Origin: Macrostomum lignano
Lineage: Eukaryota
Direction: 5' to 3'
NCBI GenBank assembly: GCA_002269645.1
Contig: NIVC01000051.1
Location: 372,001-436,000, forward strand
DNA: 64,000 bases
In this document: in pieces, positions 38,420-52,500 of the stretch
Position numbering within the stretch: position 1 is the stretch's first letter
How the letters are laid out: every line of letters begins with the position of its first letter
Notes under the pieces: generated by a model
The model's input: the letters and a program-made list of their open reading frames with translations, nothing else
The model's database searches: none
What the model was told of the DNA's origin: nothing
Translations under genes and position numbers: made by a program

Positions 38420-40412
38420 GACAATGGGTAGCTTGCAGCTGAGGCCCTGAAGGACATTGGGTAGCTTGATTAGCTGAGGCCCTGAAGGGCATTGGGTAGC
38501 TTGATTAGCTGAGGCCCTGAAGGACATTGGGTAGCTTGATTAGCTGAGGCCCTGAAGGACATTGGGTAGCTTGATTAGCTGAGGCCCTGAAGGACATTGG
38601 GTAGCCTGATTAGCTGAGGCCCTGAAGGGCATTGGGTAGCTTGATTAGCTGAGGCCCTGAAGGACATTGGGTAGCTTGATTAGCTGAGGCCCTGAAGGAC
38701 ATTGGGTAGCTCGATTAGCTGAGGCCCTGAAGGGCATTGGGTAGCTTGATTAGCTGAGGCCCTGAAGGACATTGGGTAGCTTGATTAGCTGAGGCCATGA
38801 AGGACATTGGGTAGCCTGATTAGCTGAGGCCCTGAAGGGCATTGGGTAGCTTGATTAGCTGAGGCCCTGAAGGGCATTGGGTAGCTTGATTAGCTGAGGC
38901 CCTGAAGGACATTGGGTAGCCTGATTAGCTGAGGCCCTGAAGGGCATTGGGTAGCTTGATTAGCTGAGGCCCTGAAGGACATTGGGTAGCTTGATTAGCT
39001 GAGGCCCTGAAGGACATTGGGTAGCCTGATTAGCTGAGGCCCTGAAGGGCATTGGGTAGCTTGATTAGCTGAGGCCCTGAAGGACATTGGGTAGCTTGAT
39101 TAGCTGAGGCCCTGAAGGACATTGGGAAGCTTGATTAGCTGAGGCCCTGAAGGGCATTGGGTAGCTTGATTAGCTGAGGCCCTGAAGGACATTGGGTAGC
39201 TTGATTAGCTGAGGCCCTGAAGGGCATTGGGTAGCTTGATTAGCTGAGGCCCTGAAGGGCATTGGGTAGCTTGATTAGCTGAGGCCCTGAAGGACATTGG
39301 GTAGCTTGATTAGCTGAGGCCCTGAAGGGCATTGGGTAGCTTGATTAGCTGAGGCCCTGAAGGACATTGGGTAGCTCGATTAGCTGAGGCCCTGAAGGGC
39401 ATTGGGTAGCTTGATTAGCTGAGGCCCTGAAGGACATTGGGAAGCTTGATTAGCTGAGGCCCTGAAGGGCATTGGGTAGCTTGATTAGCTGAGGCCCTGA
39501 AGGACATTGGGTAGCTTGATTAGCTGAGGCCCTGAAGGGCATTGGGTAGCTTGATTAGCTGAGGCCCTGAAGGGCATTGGGTAGCTTGATTAGCTGAGGC
39601 CCTGAAGGACATTGGGTAGCTTGATTAGCTGAGGCCCTGAAGGGCATTGGGTAGCTTGATTAGCTGAGGCCCTGAAGGACATTGGGTAGCTCGATTAGCT
39701 GAGGCCCTGAAGGGCATTGGGTAGCCTGATTAGCTGAGGCCCTGAAGGGCATTGGGTAGCTTGATTAGCTGAGGCCCTGAAGGGCATTGGGTAGCTTGAT
39801 TAGCTGAGGCCCTGAAGGACATTGGGTAGCTTGATTAGCTGAGGCCCTGAAGGGCATTGGGTAGCTCGATTAGCTGAGGCCCTGAAGGACATTGGGTAGC
39901 TTGATTAGCTGAGGCCATGAAGGACATTGGGTAGCCTGATTAGCTGAGGCCCTGAAGGGCATTGGGTAGCTTGATTAGCTGAGGCCCTGAAGGGCATTGG
40001 GTAGCTTGATTAGCTGAGGCCCTGAAGGACATTGGGTAGCTTGATTAGCTGAGGCCCTGAAGGACATTGGGTAGCTTGATTAGCTGAGGCCATGAAGGAC
40101 ATTGGGTAGCCTGATTAGCTGAGGCCCTGAAGGGCATTGGGTAGCTTGATTAGCTGAGGCCCTGAAGGACATTGGGTAGCTTGATTAGCTGAGGCCCTGA
40201 AGGACATTGGGTAGCCTGATTAGCTGAGGCCCTGAAGGGCATTGGGTAGCTTGATTAGCTGAGGCCCTGAAGGACATTGGGTAGCTTGATTAGCTGAGGC
40301 CCTGAAGGACATTGGGTAGCTCGATTAGCTGAGGCCCTGAAGGGCATTGGGTAGCTTGATTAGCTGAGGCCCTGAAGGACATTGGGTAGCTTGATTAGCT
40401 GAGGCCCTGAAG
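38420..40412. repeat. 35-bp minisatellite GGGTAGCTTGATTAGCTGAGGCCCTGAAGG(A/G)CATT, ~2 kb
   Basis: Direct tandem units between ASCC3 and Lhx3. Confidence 0.95.
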
Positions 40413-40987
40413 ACTTAAAGCTTTCTTATTGTATAAGGGCGGTTCCCTCGTGGAGAAATTCGCGCGCATTTTATGCTACTGAACCAGAATCAGTAGAATG
40501 AAAGAATTATTTACTTTTAATCGACACAATTAAAGAATACGTGTATGAAACAAAACATGCAAAATTTGCACGATTGGAAAATCATCTTTGCTGATTTACT
40601 TGTAGATTCCGGAACAAAAGAATTTATTTTTTAATCAAATTATTAATAAGTGACGTGACAATAGTGTTCTAAGCAGTAAACCTAGTGCAGCACAGACTTA
40701 CTTTTATAATGCTATCACCAGGAAAAGTTTCAATCATGATCGGCGAGTGAATCTTTGATAATAGATTTTTTATATCTCTGTTCGACTCCGTCATTATCTT
40801 TTCCTTCCAGTCTGTATCTCCCTTCTGTCTGTATATCTCTTCCCTCTCATTATCACCATAGCTTTCACAGGTAGCGATCATACCGTAGTTGACCAACCAG
40901 CTTATCCAACCAGCCGAAAAAAAAGTTTTCAAAGGCACACACAAAGTCAACATAATGGCCATTGTCACAAAACACAATAAAATCCAA

Positions 40988-43900
40988 TCAAACAACATCA
41001 AACCGAAGCTGGTACTGCTGATCCAAGCCAATATAAGCGTCAGACATAACGTAGAGATTGTACACCACTCTGCCAGGATCTTCGGGCGTCAGGAACACCA
41101 TGGAACTGTTGGTGACTCGCTGGCGCAGCGCTGGAATGCGCTTCAACGCTTGCACTTCGTCATTCTCGGCGTGGCCAAGGACTACTATGAGGCCTTCGTC
41201 CTTGGCCTTGGGGAAGCGAGGCGCCTGAGCTCGGGTGTCGCCGGGAGTTCGACCGTAGGAGGTCTTCACTAGGCGCAGGTTTAGCGAGTACTCGGCGTCA
41301 CGGTCAACTGAGAACCAGTCTCGGCCGTCTAGCGGGATCTTGATCTGCGAGTTTGTGGGGAGAGATCGGCTTGAAACCGCTTGAATGGGATCAGGGGATG
41401 GGAACTGAAGGGTCAGGGGATGGGAGCTGAAGGATCAGGGGATGGGAACTGAAGGGTCAGGGGATGGGAGCTGAAGGATCAGGGGATGGGAACTGAAGGG
41501 TCAGGGGATGGGAGCTGAAGGGTCAGGGGATGGGAGCTGAAGGATCAGGGGATGGGAACTGAAGGGTCAGGGGATGGGAGATGAAGGGCCAGTGGGTGGG
41601 GGCTGAAGGATCAGGGGATGGGAACTGAAGGGTCAGGGGATGGGAGCTGAAGGGTCAGGGGATGGGAGCTGAAGGATCAGGGGATGGGAACTGAAGGGTC
41701 AGGGGATGGGAGATGAAGGGTCAGGGGGTGGGGGCTGAATGATCAGGGGATGGGAGCTGAAGGGTCAGGGGATGGGAGATGAAGGATCAGGGGATGGGAA
41801 CTGAAGGGTCAGGGGGTGGGAGCTGAAGGATCAGGGGATGGGAACTGAAGGATCAGGGGATGGGAGCTGAAGGGTCAGGGGATGGGAGCTGAAGGATCAG
41901 GGGATGGGAGCTGAAGGGTCAGGGGATGGGAGCTGAAGGGTCAGGGGATGGGAGCTGAAGGGTCAGGGGATGGGAGCTGAAGGGTCAGGGGATGGGAGCT
42001 GAAGGATCAGGAGATGGGAGATGAAGGGTCAGGGGATGGGAGCTAAAGGATCAGGGGATGGGAGATGAAGGGTCAGGGGATGGGAGCTGAAGGATCAGGG
42101 GATGGGAGCTGAAGGGTCAGGGGATGGGGTAGCAACCAGCTGGGGATTCGGGTGCAGTTAGCAACGATAGCTCACCTTGCAGGCCTCATCAGCAGCAGCA
42201 GGATTATTGCTTTCCTCTTCGCCCTCGCTATCGTCCGCGAGCTGCTGGACCACCTTGACCAGTTCCAGGTGACACCGGAGTCTCGGCATAGCGGCCAGCG
42301 TTGCTAGGCAACGATCAGACTCGGCGTGACGACCGCCAAGAGCTTCGCGAATAGCTCGCTCGGCAACTGGGCGAGGCGCGTGCAGCAGGCCGGGCAAGGT
42401 GTCGAGGCGGTGAGCTGGGGTGGCCAGCCTGCAGTTTTCAGGATTCGGGGATGGTTCAGGGGCGATTCTAGTGATGGTTCAGGGGCGATTCTAGTGATGG
42501 TTCAGGGCGATTCTAGTGATGGTTCAGGGCGATTCTAGTGATGGTTCAGGGCGATTCTAGTGATGGTTCAAGGGCGATTCTAGTGATGGTTCAGGGCGAT
42601 TCTAGTGATGGTTCAGGGGCGATTCTAGTGATGGTTCAGGGCGATTCTAGTGATGGTTCAGGGGCGATTCTAGGGATGGTTCAGGGCGATTCTAGTGATG
42701 GTTCAGGGCGATTCTAGTGATGGTTCAGGGCGATTCTAGTGATGGTTCAGGGCGATTCTAGTGATGGCTCAGGGGCGATTCTAGTAGTTCAGGGCGATTC
42801 TAGTGATGGTTCAGGGCGATTCTAGTGATGGCTCAGGGGCGATTCTAGTGATGGTTCAGGAGCGATTCTAGAAATGATTCAGGGGTGATTCTAGGGATGG
42901 TTCAGGAGCGATTCTAGAAATGATTCAGGGGTGATTCTAGGGATGGTTCAGGGGCGATTCTAGTGATGGTTCAGGGGCGATTCTAAGAATGACTTAGGGG
43001 CGATTCTTAGAATGACTTAGGGGCGATTTTAAGAATGGGTTAGGGGCGATTTTAGTAATGGCTTAGGGGCGATTCTAAGAATGGCTTAGGGGCGATTCAA
43101 AAATGGCTTAGGGGCGATTCAAAGAATGGCTTAGGGGCGATTCAAAGAATGGCTTAGGGGCGATTCAAAGAATGGCTTAGGGCAATTTTACAAAACTCAC
43201 TGCCTGAGAGTCGGCAGGTGAAAGGTCTCAACGCCTGGCAAGGTTATCAATGGATCTTCATCAAACCAGCGAGCCTGAACCAGCATCTGAATGAGCTGAG
43301 CAGCTCTCAGACAGACCGACAGCCAGCCGCAATCAGCGCACATATCAATCATAGCTTGCACAATGCGAATAGCCTGGTCCAATACGGATTTCAAATCGGT
43401 GCCATAGTCGGCAATGGGCATGGCAAGCCTAGAGAAATGCGATTGCAACAGTAAGTGGGCTTTGCAGTGAGGCGAGTCAACGCTGGTAGCCGGCTGGCGA
43501 ATCCGGCATTGGTTGTTGATCTCGGCGTTCAGCTGGTCCTCGTTGTGACGGACAGGCAGTTCGGCGAACTCCTGACAGTCGGTCAGAGCCGACAGCAGAT
43601 CGGACACGCTGGCATCCTGACGCAGCACCGATTTGAAGTGCTTCACGGTCAGGTGAGACAGGTAGTAGAAGGCCGCTATGCGACCGGGTACCGTTGGCGA
43701 TAGGGTTATGCTGTCCGTGTCCACCTGGCGAATGAGGTTTTGGATATTAGCAGGTTAATTAAGGTCACGGTAATAGATTAACGATTGCTCCAAGGCAAGA
43801 TCAATTGAGGTCAACCAGTGTTTGAAGGCGATAGCTGAGATCAATTGAGGTCAATCGGTGTTTGAGAGCGACAGCTGAGGTCAATTAAGGTCAAAAGGTG

Positions 43901-45157
43901 TTTTAAAGCGACAGCTGAGGTCAATTGAGGCCAGCTGGCGTTTGAAGGCGATAGCTGAGGTCAATTAAGGTCAATCGGTGTTTAAAGGTGAAAATTGAGG
44001 TTAACAGGTGTTCGAAGGTGATAGCTGAGTTAAACTGGGGTCAACTAGAGTTCGAGTGTGATAGCTTATGCTACAAATGTATGTCCAAGGGTTTCCAAGG
44101 CTAATAGCCGAGGTCAATTGAGGTGAACAGTGGAAAGTGCCACCCGATGTCAGTGAGATCAAGCAGGTACCTCAATACAAGCGGACGCCATCAACTCTTG
44201 GCAGGCTTTCTCAACCAGTCGGGACAAGAACGCGTTCAGCGAAGAATGATCGGTTGATTCTAGTCCATAGTAAGATGGATTAACGGTTACTCGACGAAAG
44301 AAATAAGTCCAAGTGAGATAATCCATAGCGTCCTGCTTGCTGCAGATGGTCCCAGCGACAATTTCGGCGTTTAGATGGTCGCTAAGGACGCCAAGCAGGC
44401 TGGACTCGACCGGGAACGGTTCGTACAGGAAGCGTTTGTAAAAATGCTTCTTAGCGTCGTGCACCATGACAACGGCTTTGCCCTGCGTGTCGAACTGCGG
44501 CCGGCCGGCCCGGCCCATCATCTGCAGCACGTCCGTGATTGGATAATCCACGTAGTGCTTCGTCTTGCCGTCGAAGTATTCGGTGCCCTTTATTATAACC
44601 AGGTGCGAAGGGAAATTGACGCCCCAGGCTACCGTGCTGGTGGCGATTAGCACCTGCAATTTAAGGTCAAATTCGAGGTCAAATCAAGGTCATCTCAGGT
44701 CAATTCAAGGTCATGCTATAGGTCGTTTAGGGTCAGAGAAGGTCAATTTAAAATCGATTTGATATCAAATTAAAGGTAAATCAAGGTTGAACTTAGATAA
44801 AAGTACACTTTAAAGCATAAAATTCGATCAGACAGACAGGCACCTGGATTTTCTGCAAAGCGTAGAGCTCCTCAACAATGCGCCGGTCGCGCTCGTGCAA
44901 GCCGGCATGGTGCAGGCCGATGCCGAAGGCCAGCGTCAGTTTCAGATTGGCGTCGCGCGACATATCAATGACCAGGGCGGACTCGGCCTCCTCCATGTGC
45001 AGCCACTGTTTGGGATCGTCTTCCCCGGCTAGGTAGGCAATCAGGTCCAGGGCAGTCAGGCGGGTCTGGCGACGGCTGGACACAAATATGAGAACTGGCT
45101 TGGCTGGCGAGTGCTGCCGGATGGCTGCGAAGGGTCAGGCGGATTGGAATTGGTAAC

Positions 45158-45198
<41 letters not shown>

Positions 45199-45223
45199 TA
45201 GTGTCTGTGTGTCTATCTGTCTA

Positions 45224-45296
<73 letters not shown>

Positions 45297-45943
45297 TAGT
45301 GTCTGTGTGTCTATCTGTCTATCTGTCTGTCTGTCTATCTGTCTATCTATAACAGCAAGATCCGCCCAGCAGTGGCGCACCCTGAAACGCAGGCTTGTTC
45401 ATAGACGCCATCCTGGGGCAGTAGTGCCTCCCCGGGTAGCCCTGAATGTGCACCTCCAGCGGAACCGGGCGCACAGAGGGCCTGAAGTTGTACATGCCCA
45501 GCGACTCCCTGATGCCCAGCCAGTCGGACAAATCCTGAGCATTGGCCAGAGCTGTGCTCAAACCGACAACTCGAACTGGGCGCTTCGTGTGAGAACAAAT
45601 AAAATTGGTACGTGACACGATAACTTCTAGCACAGGGCCGCGGTCCTCGCCAAGCAGGTGAATCTCGTCAATGACCAGCAGCGCCACCTGTTGCACGTAC
45701 TGGCGCTGCTGCCAGCTGCGGGAGCAGCCGTCCCATTTCTCCGGAGTGGTCACGATCAGGTCGGCTGCGGCCACGGCTTTCATGTCGGGCGCGACGTCGC
45801 CAGTGAGCTCTACAACCTGGGATCGGTGGACGGGGTGGCTTTGAGGGAGAGGTGAATAGTCAATTGTGTGTGTCTTATCTATCTATCTATCTATCTATCT
45901 ATCTGTCTATCTATCTATCTACCTATCTATCTACCTATCTATC

Positions 45944-45984
<41 letters not shown>

Positions 45985-46017
45985 ATCTATCCATCTATCT
46001 ATCTATCTATCTAATCC

Positions 46018-46049
<32 letters not shown>

Positions 46050-46215
46050 GTCTATCCATCTATCCATCTATCTATCTATCCATCTATCTATCTATCTATC
46101 TGTCTATCCATCTATCTATCTATCCATCTATCTATCTATCTATCTAATCCATCTATCCATCTATCTTTCTATATATCTATCTATCCATCTATCTATCTAT
46201 CTATCTGTCTATCTG

Positions 46216-46256
<41 letters not shown>

Positions 46257-46293
46257 ATCTATCCATCTATCTATCTATCTATCTATCTAATCC

Positions 46294-46356
<63 letters not shown>

Positions 46357-46381
46357 ATCTATCTATCTATCTATCTATCTG

Positions 46382-46423
<42 letters not shown>

Positions 46424-46424
46424 C

Positions 46425-46519
<95 letters not shown>

Positions 46520-49500
46520 CATCCATCTATCTATCTATCTATCTATCTATCCATCTATCTATCTATCTATCTATCCATCTATCTATCTATCTATCCATCT
46601 ATCCATCTATCCATCTATCCATCTATCTATCTATTCAGCAATCTACCAGTCGCCACCTCACCTTCTTATTCATAGGTTCCAGTTTCTTTTTCCAATCGTT
46701 GATCCTCTCCCTGACCAGCGCTTTCAGCGGCGCAATGTAGACGCACTTGAGGCCCGGCTTGGTTTTGAACACCCGGAAGATGGCCAGCTCGGCGATGAAG
46801 GTTTTGCCGCTGCCAGTCGGGGCGCCAACCAGCAGGTTGCAATCGGTGTGATAAGCAGCGTGAAATACCTGAGTCTGCACCGGGTTCATGTGAGTAAAGG
46901 AGCAGATGGACTCAAATTGAGGCGCTTTCAGCACGCTAACAGGTAGGGGATTCAAGTCCAGCAGCTCGGAATGCGGCGGATGGCTCTGCGGCAGGCGCAG
47001 GTGCTTGAAGCTGAGCACGTAGGTGTCGCCGGCGTGTAGCCAGCGTTCGCTTTCGCATCGAATGACGTAATGAGTAGGCAGCGGCTCAAATATCGGTATG
47101 GTGAAAGCTAGAACAGCCGGCTCGTTGCGTTGTACAGATTTGCGCGATAGCTGCACCATGTCGCTGTGGTACACGTGCTGATTGTCGGTGTCCTCAACCC
47201 ACACCCAGAAAGATTCGGCAACCTGGGAAAGTTCAAATAATAAGTAATATAATATACAGATCGGAGATAGACGCATTTGCAACAGACTACTAGTGTAAGT
47301 AAGCAAGCTACGAAAGTTTTCACTATTGTTTATTTTTCTGTACTATATTGATATTGATGAAATTGATATTTCCTTCCAGATCTTCCTTGGTACGAATTCT
47401 TTTTGAAAAATACACTTTGTAATCAGGCTTTTTTCGGCATGCGAATTACTGATATTTCTAGTTTAGGTTACTAGCAAGGCTACTAGTTAGTACTAAGTTA
47501 GAGAGGTTACTAGTTAGTTTGTGAGGTTACTAGTTAGTTTATGAGGCTACTAGTTAGTTTATGAGGTTACTAGTTAGTTTATGAGGCTACTAGTTAGTTT
47601 ATGAGGTTACTAGTTAGTTTATGAGGCTAATAGTTAGTTTATGAGGTTACTAGTTAGTTTATGAGGTTACTAGTTAGTTTATGAGGTTACTAGTTAGTTT
47701 ATGAGGCTACTAGTTAGTTTATGAGGCTACTAGTTAGTTTATGAGATTACTAGTTAGTTTATGAGGTTACTAGTTAGTTTATGAGGTTACTAGTTAGTTT
47801 ATGAGGTTACTAGTTAGTTTATGAGGTTACTAGTTAGTTTATGAGGCTACTAGTTAGTTTATGAGTTTACTAGTTAGTTTATGAGGCTACTAGTTATTTT
47901 ATGAGGCTACTAGTTAGTTTATGAGGCTACTAGTTAGTTTATGAGTTTACTAGTTAGTTTATGAAGTTACTAGTTATTTTATGAGGCTACTAGTTAGTTT
48001 ATGAGGCTACTAGTTAGTTTATGAGGCTACTAGTTAGTTTATGAGGCTACAAGTTAGTTTATGGGATTATTAGTTAGTTTATGAGGCTACTAGTTAGTTT
48101 ATGAGTTTACTAGTTAGTTTATGAGGTTACTAGTTAGCTTATGAGGTTACTAGTTAGTTTATGAGGCTACCAGTGAGTTAATGATATGAATAATATAGTT
48201 AATGAAACATTGAAATGTCCAGCTAATTAACATTCTATTCTATGACATCTCTGGTCAATGATACAGCGATGACGTCATTGAACATAAGCAAAAACTCACC
48301 TTTCCGTGAATTCGATCGTTCCAATGAAAATGAGGCCGCACCTCCAGTCGAACTCGCAGAATAGTTCGAGTAATCGGCTGAAACGCTGCCTCCAATTCGA
48401 CTAGCGGAAAATACCAAGCCAACTTGCGCACATCCTCCGAGTAGCCTCTCAATCGAATAATTGCGTCTAGCTCGGCCCTCGGCATCTCGCGCAACGCTTC
48501 CACACTGTTAGCCGCCGGACCAGCCCGTTCCAGTTTGTCAACAATGTCCCACCTGAGCAGGCCGCCGTCGAACTGTCTCAACGGGTGAGCATCCGGCCAC
48601 AGGCGTCTGTTGATGCACTTGGACCAGGTCAGCAGGCTGCTGGCGGCCTGTGGCCAGCCCTTGCGCATGCAGTACTCGAATAGGGCCTGAACTACTCGGG
48701 AGCAGTTCTGCACCACGTAGGCTTGGTCGGATACGAGAGAAGCTGTTTCTATCGACTGGCGATCGATGTACACCTGGAGTAGGGCGCTCACCTGAAGGGA
48801 TTTGGCAGTTTCTGGTATAATGGCAGCGTCATTTGCAGTATGATTAGCCTCTCTGCTCCTCATTACCATAGCTCCCCACAATCTACCCTAGCCTCACTCA
48901 ATCTACCCTAGCCTCACTCAATCTACCCTAGCCTCACTCAATCTACCCTAGCCTCACTCAATCTACCCTAGCCTCACTCAATCTACCCTAGCCTCACTCA
49001 ATCTACCCTAGCCTCACTCAATCTACCCTAGCCTCACTCAATCTACCCTAGCCTCACTCAATCTACCCTAGCCTCACTCAATCTACCCTAGCCTCACTCA
49101 ATCTACCCTAGCCTCACTCAATCTACCCTAGCCTCACTCAATCTACCCTAGCCTCACTCAATCTACCCTAGCCTCACTCAATCTACCCTAGCCTCACTCA
49201 ATCTACCCTAGCCTCACTCAATCTACCCTAGCCTCACTCAATCTACCCTAGCCTCTCACAATCTACCATAGCCCCACACAATCAATCTCTCACTCACTTT
49301 TCCTTCGCTATTCTCAACTCCGCCAGTGGAAAACTGGCAAGAATTATGCACAGCCTGATCCAATTCCGGCAGTTCTTCCTCGCGCACTTTGACCTGCTCA
49401 AATTCTTTAGACTTGGACACAACAGACAGAACTTTTTCATTAGGCAACAGAGCAGACAATTCATCGTTCCAAACTTCGACAGTGTTGAATTTAATATAGA

Positions 49501-52500
49501 AATGGCTGGCAATTCTACCCAGATCGGTGCTAGCCAAATAGCCAGTTCGTTCATCAAATCGAATCATTCTGGCGCTATCCAGCTTTCTAGCCGCCAGCGT
49601 GATCAAAGCAAGTCGGTGATTTTCCAAATTAGGATCCGTAGCAAACTGATTGGGACTAATTCCGTACACTAGCGGATTAAGCTTCATCCGAACGTGCAGA
49701 TAAGTGTAGCTAAGCCAACGAACCGCTTCCTCTGTGTTAGCCACGGTGCCTAGAGCAACTTCAGCGTTGAGATTATCGGCTAAGCCAATCATGAAGCTAC
49801 TCTCAATAGGATTCCTGCTGCACATGAGTGTCAGGTAGCGGCTAAGCTTGTCGTGAGTGGTAATAATAGTGCCATAGCCGACCTTGTCAAACTGTGGCCT
49901 ACCAGCTCGGCCAAATATCTGCTGCACATCTAGGATGCCAAGATCGACAAAAGTGGACTTTTCAGCGTTGTAGATTTGTGTACCTTTGATAATAACCGCG
50001 TGAGCTGGCAGATTGACGCCCCAGGCTAAGGTGGCAGTGCACACTAAGCATCGAATCATGCCCTGGGCAAAGTACTTCTCAGCTAGATTGCGATCCGACC
50101 GCAGCATGCCAGCGTTATGAATGGTGAATCCGTCTGCGAACAGCTCTTTGAAGGCTTGGTTATGCGACCGGCCCACCTCCTTGAGCGCGCGGCCATAGTC
50201 TGAGGTGTTTGGATCGGCTGGTAAAAAGTATTTAATAGCACCAGATTCTCTGGCCATCTCGCGGAGACGAATAGCCGTCTTGCGAGTCTCCGGGCGCGAG
50301 TGGACAAACACCATCACTTGTTCGCCTTGGCGCACTTGCTCCACTACCTGAGTTTGTCATTTACAAGGTAGACGGTTTTCAACTAGAAGATGCAGAAAAT
50401 GCTTACTAACCGCGGTCAGGTCTACTTAACCTGAAAACAGTCAAACTATACGCAGATCTCAGATATATATATATAATGGAATCCCAAGCTAAACTTCTGT
50501 TCGGGATTTTTCCAAGCTATTAACAGGTAAGATGCATGGGGAGTAACCCAAAGCTAATCATAGGTGAAATACAGGAGTGACCCCAAGCTAATCACAGGTG
50601 GGATACATAGGAGTGACCCCAAGCTAATCACAGGTGGAATACATAGGAGCGACCCCAAGCTAATCACAGGTGGGATACATAGGAGTGACCCCAAGCTAAT
50701 CACAGGTCAGATACATGGGAGTGACCCCAAGCGAATCACAGTTGGTATACATATGAGTGACCCCAAGCTAATCACAGGTGGGATACATGGGAGCGACCCC
50801 AAGCTACCCTTAACGGCCAAACGTTAAGGTTAGTACAAGTAATGCGATCTTAAAGAAGTGTAACGGAAACTATAAATAAAGCTATTAAAGCAACTGCAAA
50901 ATGAAACACTTTCAAGAGCGAAAAGATATACACACCTTATCAAAGCAAACATCCATAAAGTCCTGCTGTTGCTGCATAATATTTGTACTTTTAATACCAA
51001 CAAAGCTGGTGCCCAACGGCACGGGCCTGAACCTGGCGTCAAAGAAGAACAAACCCTTGTATGGATTGACTCTGAGAAACTGGGCAACATCCAGGTAATT
51101 AGGCAGAGTGGCCGATAAGCCAACAATTCGAATCATTTTTTGCGACGATTCCACCTGACGAAGCGTGCGAGCCACAATAGACTCAATCACAGCGCCGCGC
51201 TCGTCGTGCAACAGGTGAACTTCGTCAATAATTAGCAGCTTCACTAATTGAGTGAGTCCCACGTCGCCAATGGATTTTCTAGTCAACACATCCCATTTCT
51301 CTGGCGTTACTAGCAGCATTTGAGTTTGAGCAATCTCAGCTTTAGTTAGCTGCATATCGCCGGTGCACTCGCGAACTGTGAGGCCCAACGGTGCCAAACG
51401 TTTGCCAAAATTGGCGGTCATCTCGGCTGCCAAAGCTTTCATAGGGCAGACGTAGACAATTTTAAAATCGTCTCGTTTAATAACGCCGCCAGGTCCAATG
51501 TTTTGTTTGATCTCGTGCAGAACAGTGAGCATAGCGATGTTAGTTTTACCGGCGCCAGTTGGGGCGCAGATTAACAAATTCTCGTTAGTCTTATAAGCGG
51601 AATCGAATACTACAGTTTGTATAGCGTTTAGATGACTAGTGCCGGGAAAGGCTCGCTGGGTCAGCTCGTCTAGTTCGGCTAGCGGCACCCGATTAGCGCC
51701 AACGTGAGTGGGCTTGGCCGAGCTAGGCGGCAGGGTCACTTCGTCGAATTTCGGCGTCGATCGTTGCGTAGCCGTAGACGGTAGCATCACGGAAGCGCCA
51801 GCAATATAAGCGGATCGACGCAGAGCGTCAGCAAGTTCGTCGAATACAAACGGATAGCGAGCATTGGTGCCAGCCAAGCGACCGGGACCCGTAGGCATTT
51901 TGGGGCCCTCCGCGTAGCTGCGCGCGTGAGCCTGCTGGCTGGCTATTAAACTGTCAATCAACTGGTCCTCGGCGGCTGTCGGATCTCTCTGGGGATGCGA
52001 TCAATTTTTGTGCACGCTTTCTGTTTCTGTCAATAGTAAGACCAGAAATCATGTCTTTTCTTGGACTCCCCGCTGTTTTGGCTCCAACCCGTTGCTTAAC
52101 TGATATCCCATTATTTTCTTTAAAGCTTTCTCTCATGAAAGAGATCAATTAGTGCTTTTTCTACTCTAATTAAGAAGCATTCCATGAGATTAAAAATCAT
52201 ATGTTTCGTTCAGAAAAAAACTATCCAGCATAATTTTTTTATGTAGAATTTATCGCCTTTTACTTTTTTTAGAATTGTCACCTGTTTATATCAGTTTGAT
52301 TAGCCAAGCTGCGTAGTATGATGCATTGGTTATTTTATAATAGAAGTACAATAGCTACCCGATGAAAACTGTACCTAGGCCGAGAAGCGTCCCAGAATCA
52401 CTTGCGTCGCCTGAGTCGTTGCAGGTAGCACAGGTTACTTGTAAATAGGAAAGAAGTGACTCTAGACGACTCGAAAACGACGAGATGTCATGGTACAAGT

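Noticed and set aside
31440-40412. CRISPR-like arrays (26-46-bp periodic repeats)
   Set aside because: Units are head-to-tail with no unique spacers, there are no cas genes, and the context is eukaryotic intronic.
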